From Octopus sinensis (Eukaryota), in the NCBI RefSeq assembly GCF_006345805.1, contig NC_043011.1:12474464-12538463 (forward strand): DNA of 64,000 nt. The letters are read 5' to 3'. A program made the translations under genes and the position numbers. The notes below the pieces were generated by a model that saw only the letters and a list, made by a program, of their open reading frames with translations, had not been told where the DNA came from and did no database searches. Positions 13,085 through 26,559 of this stretch are shown piece after piece (position 1 is the stretch's first letter; every line of letters begins with the position of its first letter).

Positions 13085-13160
13085 TTAAATCAATGCAGGA
13101 CTTGACTGATACCTGTATTGAATCCAGAGAGTCAATAAAATAAATTTTGGCACAATAAAT

Positions 13161-13559
13161 TAGGTGCAGGAGTGGCTGTGTGGTAAGTAGCTTGCTAACC
13201 AACCACATGGCACTGCATGGCACCTTGGGCAAGTGTCTTCTACTATAGCCCTGGGCCGACCAATGCCTTGTGAGTGGATTTGGTAGATGGAAACTGAAAG
13301 AAGCCCGTCGTATATATGTATATATATATATCTGTGTGTGTGTGTTTGTGTGTCTGTGTTTGTCCCCCTATCATTGCTTGACAACTGATGCTGGTGTGTT
13401 TACGTCCCTGTCACTTAGCGGTTCAGCAAAAGAGACCGATAGAATAAGTACTGGGCTTACAAAATGAATAAGTCCCGGGGTCGATTTGCTCGATTAAAGG
13501 CGGTGCTCCAGCATGGCCGCAGTCAAATGACTGAAACAAGTAAAAGAGTAAAAGAGTAA
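13161..13559 (+). mobile_element. SINE family A
   Basis: Family match. Confidence 0.9.
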
Positions 13560-14158
13560 GGTCAGCTATTTTATAGAGCAGGTAGGTTCACTACATTCAT
13601 CCCCCCAAGTGCCCCCCTGCACAACTGGTATTTATTTTATCAACCCTGAAAGGATAAAAGACAAAGCTGATCTCAAAGGAATTTGAACTCAGAGCATAAA
13701 GAAATAGAAGAAATGCTGTTAAGCATGTTGCCCATCATACTAACAATGTTACCAACTTCCCACCTTCCCAGTAATAAAAATAATGGTTTCAAGTTTTTCA
13801 ACGAGGAAAACTGGTACTTATTTTATTGACCCCGAAAGGACGAAAGGTAAAGTCGATCTCGGCAGAATCTGAATTCAGAACGTAGCGGCAGACAAAATAC
13901 TGGTAAGCATTTCACCTGGAATGCTAAAGATTCTGTTAGCTTGCTGCAGCCAATAATAAAAACTCCAACCCTGAGCAAGTGTCTTTTACTATAGCCCTAG
14001 GCTAGCCAAAACCTTGTGAGAGGATTTTCTAGAAGGAAAGTGAAAGAAACCCATTGCATATAGACATACATACATACGTACGTACATACATATATAGATA
14101 CATACATACATACATATATACGTATGTACATACATACGTACATACATATATAGATACA

Positions 14159-14189
<31 letters not shown>

Positions 14190-14199
14190 GGCTGCCCCC

Positions 14200-14500
14200 T
14201 CGTTATCGAGTATGGCCATTGCACGAAGCTTAACTGTTACTGGTGCTGTGATTGAACGTGACTTTTTAGCCCAGCTAAAGATCTACAGTGTCTTGTACAG
14301 AATTAGCAACTAAAACCTTTACTGGTAATAGCCGGCTGTAGTTGTAACTGGGCTTCATGTACCTTTGCATGTCGTTTAAGTCCTCCTGCCAAATTACACT
14401 CTCTTCCACATGCCCGACAGATATGATTATTATGGTGTGTTACACCACCACCAGTGGCCAGGTTGTCACTCATCTGTCTCGTTTTATGACTACGAAGATG
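14200..14500 (-). mobile_element. LINE C-terminal C2H2 zinc-finger fragment
   Basis: HICRACGRECNLAGGLKRHAKVH between (TACA)n arrays; no splice context. Confidence 0.5.
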
Positions 14501-14669
14501 ACTCACATACATACATACATACATACATACATACATACATACATACATAAATGACAGAAAATGGAATTAATGACAGTCTTTATTTAAAATCACTACAATT
14601 TTTTTTTACACCTGTAGCACTTCAGTGAGATGCTGTGTAATCATTATCATACATCCAAAGTGAAAAATA

Positions 14670-15040
14670 TAATAATAATAATAATAATAATGAAATTATT
14701 GTATACAGTGCTCAGGTGCACCACAACTTGTCAGAAAGTGCATATAAAGTACATGCAGTAGTGTAGAAATGTCTGGGTGTATGGAGGGAAGAAAATCAAG
14801 TGTAGTGTTGGCGAATCTCAGGAAGCATGGAAGTCTTGAAGGAAGCAGTGCTCCGACAACTAACAACCGATTTCGGCAGTTTGTTCCACGCTTCAGCAAC
14901 TCTCAGCGTGAAAAAATGTTTCCTGAAGTCATGGGAGCTGTGCTGTTTTCTTAATTTGTAAATATGTCCACGGGTGTTAGATGGGTTGCCTCCTTAGCTG
15001 ATTGTTTGAATAAGTCCTTCATTAGAATCTATTGTTATCT
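14670..15040 (-). mobile_element. CR1/L2-type LINE 3' end
   Basis: Reverse translation TRGHIYKLRKQHSSHDFRKHFFTLRVAEAWNKLPKSVVSCRSTASFK, then (ATT)n tail. Confidence 0.8.
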
Positions 15041-15365
15041 CATTCTCACACTGAGTGAAAGAACAGTAGGATTTAACAGGTGTAAAAATGTGTTGAAACA
15101 ATTGAAATGCTTTTAAATAAAGAATGTCACTCATTCCATTTTTTATCGTTTATCTATTTATATAAACTCAACAGGAGCATTTCCACAGCATTCTACAGGT
15201 ATTTTACCTGTCTCTTACTTAACTATATATATATATATATATCTTAAAAGTAAGGGTATGATATGTACCTGTTTGCTTGAAAGGAGAATAAAACTCTCCA
15301 AAACCACATATCTCACTAATGTTCATTTGGAACAAATGCGCATGGAAACTTACTTACTTACTTTT

Positions 15366-15758
15366 AATTTTACTTGTTTCAGTCATTTGACTGCGGCCAT
15401 GCTGGAGCACCGCCTTTAGTCGAGCAAATAGACCCCGGGGCTTATTCTTTGTAAGCCCAGCACTTATTCTATCGGTCTCTTTTGCCAAACCGCTAAGTGA
15501 CGGGGATGTAAACACACCAGCATCGGTTGTCAAGCAATGCTAGGGGAACAAACACAGACACACATACACACATATATATATATATACATATATACGACAG
15601 GCTTCTTTCAGTTTCCGTCTACCAAATCCACTCACAAGGCATTGGTCGGCCCAAGGCTATAGTAGAAGACACTTGCCCAAGGTGCCACGCAGTGGGACTG
15701 AACCCGGAACCATGTGGCTGGTAAACAAGCTACTTACCACACAGCCACTCCTGCGCCT
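15366..15758 (-). mobile_element. SINE family A
   Basis: Family match. Confidence 0.9.
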
Positions 15759-15796
15759 AGAAAGGTAAATATATTTTTTAAAAAATAAACACAGTA

Positions 15797-15860
15797 AGTC
15801 TAACTGATGAGCTTTAAGTATCAATTTGACACAGAAAGCGAAATCAATTGATACTGGAAT
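15797..15860 (+). ncRNA. Type I hammerhead ribozyme core with weak stem I
   Basis: CTGATGA(15804)-GCTTT...AAAGC-GAAA-TCAATTGA-TA. Perfect 5-bp stem II and palindromic stem III; stem I only about 5/7 paired. Confidence 0.6.
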
Positions 15861-16559
15861 ATCTACCCTCCTGTTTGTAATTTACAAACTGGAAAAACCA
15901 TTTCCTAAAATGTATTTACTGCATTCTCTGTGTGAGTTTACATAGATTGATCTTGGACTCTGATGTGCATGTGCATTAAGTTTTAACATTCTAGCTCACT
16001 TCTGTTGTTTACAGCAGTGCTTGGAAGGAAGGTGTGTAGCATGTGATCATTGCATTGACCATGACAGAGAAAGGTGAGCAGAGAATATGCATCAAATATT
16101 GCCAAAAGCTTGGTAATACCTTCTCAGAGGCCTATGCAAAATTTTGGGGTTGATTCAGTTGACTAAAGATTCTTCAAGGTGGTGCCCTAGCATGGCCACA
16201 GTCTAATGACTGAAACAAGTAAAAGATAAAAGATACATGTATATCTAAATACACACACACATATATGCATATATAAATATGTGTGTGTGTGTCTGTGTAT
16301 ACACACACACTTACACACATACATCAGCAATAAACTAACTATTAAAGCTTGAGAAATGCCAATAAAATGGACTGATGACGTTAGCAATAAACTTAACTGT
16401 CCAAAGTTGAGAAGTGTTAATTTTTAGTCTTGATATAAGTAATTTTTATTAAGGCAACACTCACAGAATAGAAATTGACACAGCTAGCATTCACCAGCTG
16501 GGTGTTGACAGCTTCATTTATTAACAATGAAATTCTGCAGTAAGAATTATCTTTGTTAA

Positions 16560-16734
16560 CCCTTTAGCTTTCAGATTACTCTGTCAAATGTAAAGCCTGT
16601 TTAATCACATTGTTTTAAATTAATTGTACATCATCTTGTAACTCTGAGATTTTGATGATGTCCCTGTTTATTTTTAGAATGACTTTGTAGGGCAGGTGTG
16701 AGAGGTAGACGGAAACTGAAAGAAGCCTGTCATA

Positions 16735-16781
<47 letters not shown>

Positions 16782-17039
16782 GTATATATATATGTGTATA
16801 TATATGTATGTGTGTGTATATGTTTGTAGGTCTGCGTTTGTCCCTCCAACATCGCTTGACAACCGATGCTGGGGTGTTTACGTCCCCGTAACTTAGCGGT
16901 TCGGCAAAAAAGACCGATAGAATAAGTACTAGGCTTACAAAGAATAAGTCCTGGAGTCGATTTGCTCGACTAAAGGCGGTTTGAGCATAAAACAGGAAGA
17001 CAATTTTGGCCTGGTATGGCCAGTTTAAACATAAAAGGG
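16560..17039. mobile_element. piggyBac-like MITE carrying a SINE fragment (16704-16980)
   Basis: TTAA-ccctttag ... aaaaggg-TTAA. Confidence 0.75.
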
Positions 17040-17619
17040 TTAAACTCCTAAATTAAAACTGGACTATGCCAGTTCACACTTACGTTCACACTCATTCTCA
17101 TCTCCTTCTCTCTGGTTCGCATTCTCGCAGTCTGATTGTTTGGTTGGATAAAATTATCTACAAACGTTTATTAAGCATAACTGCAGAACCAGTTGCTAAC
17201 AATGTAATCTAAAGAATGTTCTACACCTTGCAAACCAAAGAAACATAAATGAACAATTATATCATATTTTGAGGATTTCAGCATCTCTTTCTGTGTTTGC
17301 ATGCTTCAGTTCATGTCTGTTATGATCAGACAGTCTTTTAGCATAGAAGAAATAGTTCTTGTTGGCAGATCTGATTTTTGTCCTAATTCTTTATTGTATA
17401 ATTCAAATCTCTCTTTCCATAAGAACCACTTAATGCATAAAACATTACACATCAAACACTAAACAGACATTACAATATATTGTCTAAGCATTTAACTGTC
17501 ACAATGTCTTGTCTTATCTAAATCATACAATTATTCACAACCTTTTCTTTGTCCCATTTAAGTTGAAAGATTATTTGCATTTCTTTGTTGCATTCCATTC
17601 CTATGTTGCTTATTTCTTT

Positions 17620-17875
17620 ATTTTCTTTTTACTTGTTTCAGTCATTTGACCATGGCCATGCTGGAGCACTGCCTTTAGTCGAGCAAATCGACCCCCAGGA
17701 ATTATTCTTTGTAAGCCTAGTACTTATTCTATCGGTCTTTTTTGCCGAACCGCTAAGTTACGGGGAAGTAAACACACCAGCATTGGTTGTCAAGCGATGT
17801 TGTGGGGGGACAAACGCAGACCCACAAACATATACACACATATACATACACATATATATATACACATACATATAC

Positions 17876-17932
<57 letters not shown>

Positions 17933-18093
17933 TATATACGATGGGCTTCTTTCAGTTTCCGTCTACCAAATCCACTCACAAGGCTTTGGTTGGCCCGAGG
18001 CTATAGTAGAAGACACTTGCCCAAGGTGTCACGCAGTGGGACTGAACCCGGAACCATGTGGCTGGTAAACAAGCTACTTACCACACAGCCACT
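17620..18093 (-). mobile_element. SINE family A
   Basis: Family match. Confidence 0.9.
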
Positions 18094-19070
18094 TCTTTAT
18101 TTTCCTCTGTATTATTTATCCCTATTAGTTTTGAAGCAGAGCTGAATACATCTAAACATGGTAGTCATGTCAGGAGGAGTTTGAAACTGCATAGAATGTT
18201 TAGCTGATGTCTGATGGAAGTGGGTATACCAGTTTGTTTATATCACATTTTATACATTGCTTTTCCATTTTTTTTTTTTGTTTCCATGTAAGTTCTTATG
18301 GAAAGATATTCCTACTTCTTTGTTTTTGCTTTTCTCCACCAAAAGCTTTTTCTGTTTTGGCCCTGTTCTGTACATTTTACTAGTTCATATCTGATTTCAT
18401 TTTTTTGTTCTTCTTAGTGTATGTTTTTTTGTTGTTTTTTTCCATGTGTTTGTACTATTAATGCAGTTATAGAAACTATGCCAAAACAGACAATGGAATC
18501 TGGTGTAGCTTCTGGTTTTGCCAACTCCTGTCAAATCGTCAACCCATGCCAGCATGGAAAACAGATATTAAATTATGATGATGATGATGATGATGATATA
18601 TGTATGTGTGTATATATGTGTGTGTGTGTGCATGTGTGTGTGTGTTTGTGTGCATGTGTGTGCATGTGTGTGTGTGTGTGTGAGTGTGTGTATGTGTGTG
18701 TGTGCACGCACACGCGTGTGCAATTGTGTGTGTGTGTGTGTGTGTGCATGTGTGTGTGTTTGCATGTGCGTGTGTGTGTGTTTCAGAGTTGTAGATTATC
18801 TCGTGGTGCAATCTAAAGCAAAGCAATGAAAGAACTAAAAGCTATTTTAGCTATCTAAAAACACAAGAGTTAAATTCAGTTTCCATTTATTTTCGAACTC
18901 TCAACATTTCCATTGCCCCACTATGATATGGCCATTACGACAGTTTCACTGTAACTGTCTGAAATTTAGTTAGAAGCCTAACCGTTTTTTTCACCTTCTT
19001 GAACTTACAGGCATACAGGTCTGTTGTATGTGTTGATTAAACAAATCCTCTTTACACTGGCCATCATTAA

Positions 19071-20571
19071 CCCTTTAGTGTTCAGATTATTCTGTTAAAT
19101 GTGATGTTTGTTTATTTAAAATGGTTTGAATTAATCATGTATTATTTTGTAGTTTAGAGATTTCAGTGATGTGATTTTTTAGTTTTAGAACGACATGGTA
19201 GGGCTGAGGTGAGAGGCGAGATCTGGTCAGTTTCAATATACGAGGGGCGTTCAATAAGTAATGCCCCTGACCCACTTCCCATAGTAGTAGAGCAACGAAA
19301 CTTGACATAGTTATTAGTCTTTTTCTACATAGGAACCACCCAGAGTTACGTATTTCTCCCATTGTTTGATGCAGCTCTGAAGACCGTTTTTGTAGAAGAC
19401 CCCAGCTTGGTCCTCCAACCACGACGTGACTTCAGAAATCAAGGCTGCATCATCTGGGAAACGCTTTCCTTTCAAAAACAACTTCATGGCTGGGAAGAGG
19501 TGAAAATCAGAGGGTGCAGGTCAGGAGATGGGGGATGAGTTCATAGCCGCACGCCTGTGCTTCTGATCTGGCGACACACGAGTTGTGGACCGGAGCGTTG
19601 TCCTGCAGGAGGAGGATGCCTTTGCTGATCTTGCCCCGCCTCTTGATTTTGATAGCTTCTCTTAATTTCCTCAAAAGTGAAGCATAATAGCCTCCTGTAA
19701 TTGTGGCACCCTTTGCCAGGAAATCTGTCATCACTACTCCGTCCTGGTCCCAGAAGACTGTGAGCATGACCTTGCCAGCGGAGGGCTGCACCCTTGCCTT
19801 CTTTAGAGGGGGTGAGTCACGGTGCTTCCACTGCATTGACTGGGCTTTGGTCTCTGGATCATCGTGATGGACCCAGGTTTCATCCTGTGTAATCAGTCTT
19901 TTGAAAAATTTTGACTCATCTTCTTGGCACATCTTCAAATTCATCCTCACGCAATCGACGCGTTCTTGCTTCTGGAAAGTTGTGAGCAACCTGGGAATCC
20001 ATCTGGCAGACACCTTTTGCATATGCAAATGGTCATGAATGATAGTTTCCACAGACCCGGTACTAATCTTGACCTCATGGGCTATTTGGCGAATAGTTAT
20101 GCGTCGATCTTCCAAAATGGCAGCCTCAACTTGACGAACAGATGCCTCATCAATGGCAGAAGGGGGCGACCAGATTTGGGAGCTGTTTCCACAAAGTTCC
20201 AACCATGTTTGAATTCATGATGCCAGCGTTTTACAAGGTCATATGATGGGGCATCATCACCATAAGTTACTTTTATTTCATCAAAAGTCTCCCGTGGTGT
20301 GCGTCCTTTCAAATACAAAAACTGCATCACTGCTCGACACTCAACAGGCTCCGTTTCACACTTCACTCAGTTCAAACACCTGTAAATCAGAAACCACAAT
20401 AAGTTCAGAGCTGTAATTTGCCACTTAATCTATAGAGATATAAATAATTGCACATGCAAAATTTCAGCTAGATCAAACAACTGCAAGTGGGTCAGAGGCA
20501 TTACTTATTGAACGCCCCTCGTAAAACAGGTTAAATATTTTGGACAGATATGGCCGGTTTGAATGCTAAAG
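19071..20571. mobile_element. piggyBac-like MITE (same family as 16560-17039) hosting the mariner
   Basis: TTAA-ccctttag left end; flanks of the mariner align with the 16560 copy; right end degenerate. Confidence 0.7.
19241..20521 (-). mobile_element. Full-length (1281 bp) mariner transposon, frameshifted transposase
   Basis: TIRs cgaggggcgttcaataagtaatgcc... at both ends with TA duplication. ORFs 20366-20097 and 20202-19507 give the HTH, WIPRLLT, TQDETW and QDNAPVH motifs; frame breaks near 20205 and before YSPDL. Confidence 0.95.
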
Positions 20572-20749
20572 AAAATAATTGAACCTCTTAGATTTATTCT
20601 ATTGTCTGTTCACAATTTACTTTGTTTCACCTTTCTTCCCTCATCTTTACTTTTTCTCCTTTCTCTGTTTATTTTCTTACCAGTGTCATGATGGTTCACT
20701 TAAAATTTATGCAATAGAAATCTGCTGAATTTTTTTCTCTTTTTTTACT

Positions 20750-20954
20750 TACTCTTTTTACTCTTTTACTTGTTTCAGTCATTTGACAGTGGCCATGCTG
20801 GAGCACCGCCTTTAGTCGAGCAAATCGATCCCCAGGACTTATTCTTTGTAAGCCTAGTACTTATTCAATCGGTCTCTTTTGCCGAACCACTAAGTTACGG
20901 GGACGTAAACACACCAGCATCAGTTGTCAAGTGATGTTGGGGGGGACAAACACA

Positions 20955-20999
<45 letters not shown>

Positions 21000-21180
21000 A
21001 TATATATACATATATACAACGGGCTTCTTTCAGTTTCCGTCTACCAAATCCACTCACAAGGCTTTGGTTGGCCCAAGGCTATAGTAGAAGACACTTGCCC
21101 AAGGTGCCACACAGTGGGACTGAACCTGGGACCATGTGGTTGGTAAACAAGCTACTTACCACACAGCCACTCCTACGCCT
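20750..21180 (-). mobile_element. SINE family A
   Basis: Family match. Confidence 0.9.
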
Positions 21181-24100
21181 ATGATTTTTTTGGTGATTTT
21201 TTTTTTTTGTGGTATCGATGCGGACTGAGTGGGATGACTTGAGCAAATACAGACTGTAGTGGATGAAGCAACATACCGCAATGGCACATGCCCCTATATC
21301 TGACTGGACCTGAGCCTGGGGGAAGAGGCATTGCCACCAAAACTGGTGAAACTGATGTCATTAATGTTCTTTTTAAACATACACACACATGGATTGCATG
21401 GATTGCTTGGGAGTGTGCCCAAATGAACTAAGATGCAGGAGAAAAGTGCATTCCGAGGAACAGAAGTGAGCTTTCCCTAACTAATGATGAAAGAAGACAC
21501 ATTCCTTCTATGTTTTTAATGAGCAGAAAAAAAAAAAGTAAGTAAGTCTTCTGATTCATACTGTATTGTGCATAAAATATTCTTTTCTACTCTAGGCACA
21601 AGAACTGAAATTTTGGGGGAGTGGGCCAGTCAATTAGATCGACCTCAGTATGCAACTAGTACATAACTTATCGACCCCAAAAGGATGAAAGGCAAAGTCA
21701 ACTTTGGCGGAATTTGAACTCAGAACATATTTGTGCATAAAATATTAATTGCTTAATTAAAGACAAACCATTAATTAAATACAAGCCATTAAAAACATAA
21801 ATGTGAATTTAGGTATCCACTAGAGTGCTAGCCTAATTTATGACCACTTTTCTCTTCTTTGTCTCCAATTCCCTTACTTGGTCATTAACATGCTCCAATT
21901 TATAAGTACTTTCAGCAGCTATATTTCCACCCCTGACCCCATCTCAGATATCTATTTCTGAACTTCCTGTTGTCATTGTTCCCTAGCCAAATTTACATTT
22001 ACAGAGCACAAGCTCCCACCCCACCCCCAACACATACCTACTACTGTTCACACTACAAATGAGCAAATGTAAGTATGAAGAAATGAGGCCCTTCTAGTTC
22101 TGTCTCACAGAGGATTCAACATTTTTAATGTTGATGCCATGAAAAAGATGAACCCAGTACACTCTGTAAAGTGGTTGGTGTTAGTAAGGGCATTCACCTG
22201 TAGAAACATGTTCAAGTACCTATGCTTTAGGAACAATAACTGCTAATGGGAAGTGACTTGAACTCTGACAACCCATCCAACCATGGCAGCATGAAAAGCA
22301 GATATAAAAATGATCATGAAGAAGACCTTTCAGTTATCAGAGTTTGGGCTCTACATCTTCAGTGAGTCTAATACTTCCTTAATAGGAATAATATAAAGGG
22401 TTGATTATATATTCCAAATGAAGAAAGTGTTAAAAATGTTTCTAATAAAATAAACTACTACAAAAAGCTTACTCTTTGTTTTCATAGGCACAAGTCTGCA
22501 AATTTGTAATAAGAGGGGACAGTGAATTCTATTTACATCAGCAACCTGAATGGTACTTTATTTTTGTCAATTCCAAAAGGACAAAAATCAAAGTCAGTCT
22601 GAGTGGGTTTGAACTTTAACTACAAAGACTTTAACTGCAAAGCATTTTATTTCATTCTTTACAACTTTGCCAACAAGTGTTTAAGAAAAATTATTTATTG
22701 TTTATTAAAACCAAGAGTATAGTTGAACGCTATATAGGAACCATGCAAAACATATTCAGAAACCATTTGTTACGAAATGATTCTTCCATAATATGTGAAA
22801 GAATGCAAAGGTTTTGTAAAAATATATTTTTTTTATTTAAAATAGAGAAACAAAATTAATGGAGCCCCCGCCTCCTCAAAAAAATTATCCATCGTTGAAG
22901 CTGCCAAATTTATACAGAAGGTGCCAAGAGATGTGACGCTTGCTTGGCAAAGAAACACCAAATCTAGAAGCAAAATGATAGAATATTCAACAAAAAACAG
23001 TAAGAATTGAAATAAAAGCAAAGAAATAAAATTGTTTCAAGAATTTCTATGAGTTACCACTTTGGTACTGTGCCTTAGTAATTTAGATGGAAACTAAATT
23101 AGGAAGATAGGCAAAGAAGTTTAACGTAGAATGTTCTAAAGTGTGAAAACTTCTAGTTACAAAAAAAGTCTTTCTCTTTTATTGTTCTGCTGCAGAACAG
23201 TCATTTTGCTATTGAGCTGATCAATGATAAGTACTGGGGTAACTTCTAGCAGCAATATCTGGGTTTACTGATGATTGCTGTGCAATAATTGGTACCTCCT
23301 AGCTGATTTGAGCTGATTTTGTGCTGATCAAAGTAAAGTGATTAAAGTGTCTCCATTATAGTGTAGTCACTGATGTTATGTGACTGAAAACAGTGACTAA
23401 GTTATTAGGCCAAAATGGCATGATTCCAGGTATGGCATTTGTATAAAATAAGAACACAAATGGATTTTAAAGGTTCACAACAGCTGTTTCAGTAGCATAT
23501 TTTTATTGAGGAATGAATCGATTACATTATGAAAAAGAACCCTACGTTGATCAAGTGAATTTAAAGTCAGGAAGAAGATTGACTAAAAGTCAAGGTCACC
23601 AGTATATAGTGATGAAGGAAATGTTGATGAAAATGTTGATGATTGGATAGCACAATGTTGCCCCTAATATCAAAATGGACATGTAAACACTTGCTGTACT
23701 ATTCATGTAGATATGGAACAGTGAATGTTAAACTGATGATATTTAAAGAGACTAAAACTTCACAGTCAGTCCTTGGAATCTTTTGGTAACAGTGATGCTA
23801 TTAATGAACTTGCATTTATGGAATAAAACCATTCCTGTTCTAAATTGGTTTACTATTATTTGTGATAAGAAATATAGATTCACATAGTTCTATTTCTCTG
23901 TCACAAAATTAATTTGCTTTTACCTCTCTGTCACTAATCCTTTTGTTCAAAAACCACCAGTTTTTGTCAACAATAGCACATTTCTTCATGGTTCTGATAT
24001 TAAGTAACGAAAAATGTACTTTCATTTTTTTAGTGATAGTATGAGATCTAATGCCACTCAAGAAATTTATAAGTTAATTGCACCCTCTATAGCCTGTTCT

Positions 24101-25465
24101 TACTAAGTACTAAATTCGAGCTTGTAAAGTGTGATTATATAGAGATGAAGAATTTTAAAATATGGCAGAATATAAAAAAAAAAACTACAGAACATAAAGA
24201 ACAAACAAGATGATAGGTTTAGGAAAAAAATCTATCTGAATAATTTAAAGAATTAGGCTTGAAATTAGTTGATACTAATCTTAGAATTAACATTTTTTAT
24301 GTATTATCCTAAATTCAGAAAATTGCTAATACTCCTATAGGAAATCCAGAGATATTACAGATAATCAGCAGAGATTCCAATTATTCACCGGCTATCATAT
24401 ATATTACAAACTGTAATACACACACATAGATACAACTATCCATCAATCACTAGTAAGTATGGTTTGGTAGCAGGTGCCATGCATCCACTAATAGTTTTAA
24501 GAGCTCAGGAGATGTAAGCAGGAACAGCCTCCCTCTCAGAACCCTACTCACCCTCAACCCAGCAAAATATCCAAGTTGTGGAAATGACAGCAGCACATGT
24601 CAGGTACTCTTTCAGTTGACGGGAACTATGTGTAACGATGAAAGTACTTTACTCAATGACACATGTTGTCTAGTTCAAGAATTGAAACCGTCACCATGAG
24701 TGAAAGATGCTAAACATTATGCCAGATCACTTCACAGACACATGCACGCGTGCACACACACACACATGTACCTCTTTCTTTACTACCCACAAGGGGTTAA
24801 ACACAGAGGGGACAAAAGGATTAAGTCGATTACATTGACCCCAGTGCATAACTGGTACTTAATTTATCGACCCCGAGAGGATGGAAGGCAAAGTCGACCT
24901 CAGCAGAATTTGAACCCAGAACGTAGTGGCAGACGAAATACCGCCAAGCATTTCGCCCGGCGTGCTAACGTTTCTGCCAGCTCACCAGTACACACACATG
25001 TACCGTCTAACTCATGCCAGCATGGAAAGCAGGCATTAATGATGATAATATATATAGACACTTTACTTGTTTCAGCCAGTTGATTGTAGTCACGCTAGAG
25101 CACCACCTTAATGGGTTTCAGTTAAACAAATCAACTCCAGGACTTTTCTTTTTAAGCCTTGGCCATTCCAAGTATAGAGTTTGTCAAATTTGTCCTTACA
25201 AATACATTCCTTACTTTTAGGTCACTTTAAATAAACCCTCTGTTCAATAGCACTGTGTACAAACACTGTACTTGGAATGACCAATTTTAAATACTATTGG
25301 AATTTACTCACAAGGTATTGGAATCTTATATGTATACCATTCTGCCTAAATAATGGATCTACAAATGCAATATCCCAGCATATCTCACGTCTATTTTCAT
25401 TCCTCCACCTCACTCTCTATTTCATATCTTATCTAAATTAACTATTTCTTAACCATTTTCTCACA

Positions 25466-25517
25466 CTGTCTCCGATGAAGGGATATAAAAAATATCCCGG
25501 AAACAGCTGTATGACCT
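25466..25517 (+). ncRNA. Hammerhead-like motif, U4C variant, in a Penelope-type terminal repeat
   Basis: GTCT-CCGATGA-A GGGATAT AAAAA ATATCCC G-GAAA-CAGCTG-TA-TGAC. 7-bp stem II, palindromic stem III, GUA site; followed by (TA)n. Confidence 0.55.
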
Positions 25518-25574
25518 ATTTATTAATGTTCTGAAAACTTTCACAGCCTTGGACTTTTTTTTATCTCATTCTGA

Positions 25575-25689
<115 letters not shown>

Positions 25690-25785
25690 CTGATATATAT
25701 ATTTATTTGTGTGTGTACATATATATATATATATATATACATATATACATACACACACATACATATATGCATCCACACACATATG

Positions 25786-26150
25786 TAGGTGCAGGCATGG
25801 CTGTGCAGTTGGGTAAGGAGTTGGCTTCCCAACTACATAGTTCTGGGTTCAATCCCATCTCATGGCACACTGGGTGTCTTCTACTAAATCCTCAGGCCAA
25901 CTAAAGCCTTGTGATAGGATTTAGTAGATGGAAACCGAACGAAGCAGATCATACATATTTTTATATATATGTGTGTGTGTGTGTATCTGTGTTTCTTCAC
26001 AAACCATTTGACAATCACTGTTCATTTGTTTACATCAGACTAAGTAACAGATTTTAAAACAATAAGTACAGGGGGTAAATCATTAACACTTCAAGGTGAT
26101 ATCCCAGCATACCTGCAGTCTAATGACTGAAACAAGTAAAAGATAAAAGA
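25786..26150 (+). mobile_element. SINE family A, old diverged copy
   Basis: Degenerate family match. Confidence 0.7.
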
Positions 26151-26239
26151 AAACGTATATGTGTGCACACACACACATACAAATATACAAATGCTAACAT
26201 GAATGTCTATATAATTTCTTAATTTTCTATATATGTGTA

Positions 26240-26546
26240 TTTGTTGTTTGTTCCTTCTTGAGCCATGCCTGGCTCATAAGGGCCGGTTTCCTGGTTTCTT
26301 GGCGTATAGGTTCCCCACCTGGACGGGACGGTGGTCCGTCGCAGGTGAGCTGCAAGATGCAGGAGGAAAGAGTGAGAGAAAGTTGTGGCAAAAGAGTTAG
26401 CAGAAGTTCGCCATTACCTTCCGCCGGAGCTGCGTGGAGCTTAGGTGTTTCGCTCATAAACACACACATCGCTCCGTCTGAGATTCGAACCGGCGATCCC
26501 TCGACCGCGAGTCCGCTGCTCTAACCACTAGGCCATGTGCCTCCAC
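26240..26546 (-). mobile_element. SINE family B
   Basis: Family match; partial copies also at about 38095-38275 and 41090-41235. Confidence 0.85.
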
Positions 26547-26559
26547 ATATATGTGTATA

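Noticed and set aside
14303-14548. C2H2 zinc finger as a host ZNF exon
   Set aside because: Single finger between microsatellites, no splice sites; typical LINE C-terminus.
17084-17157. Minus-strand AG...GTAAGT 74-nt exon-like segment (MRTREKEMRMSVN)
   Set aside because: The phase-2 frame has stops, so it cannot join the PDE4 exons at this position; no homology recognised.
22833-23021. Small ORFs on both strands (MEPPPPQKNY...; MLLFQFLL...)
   Set aside because: Short, no splice context, no recognisable family.
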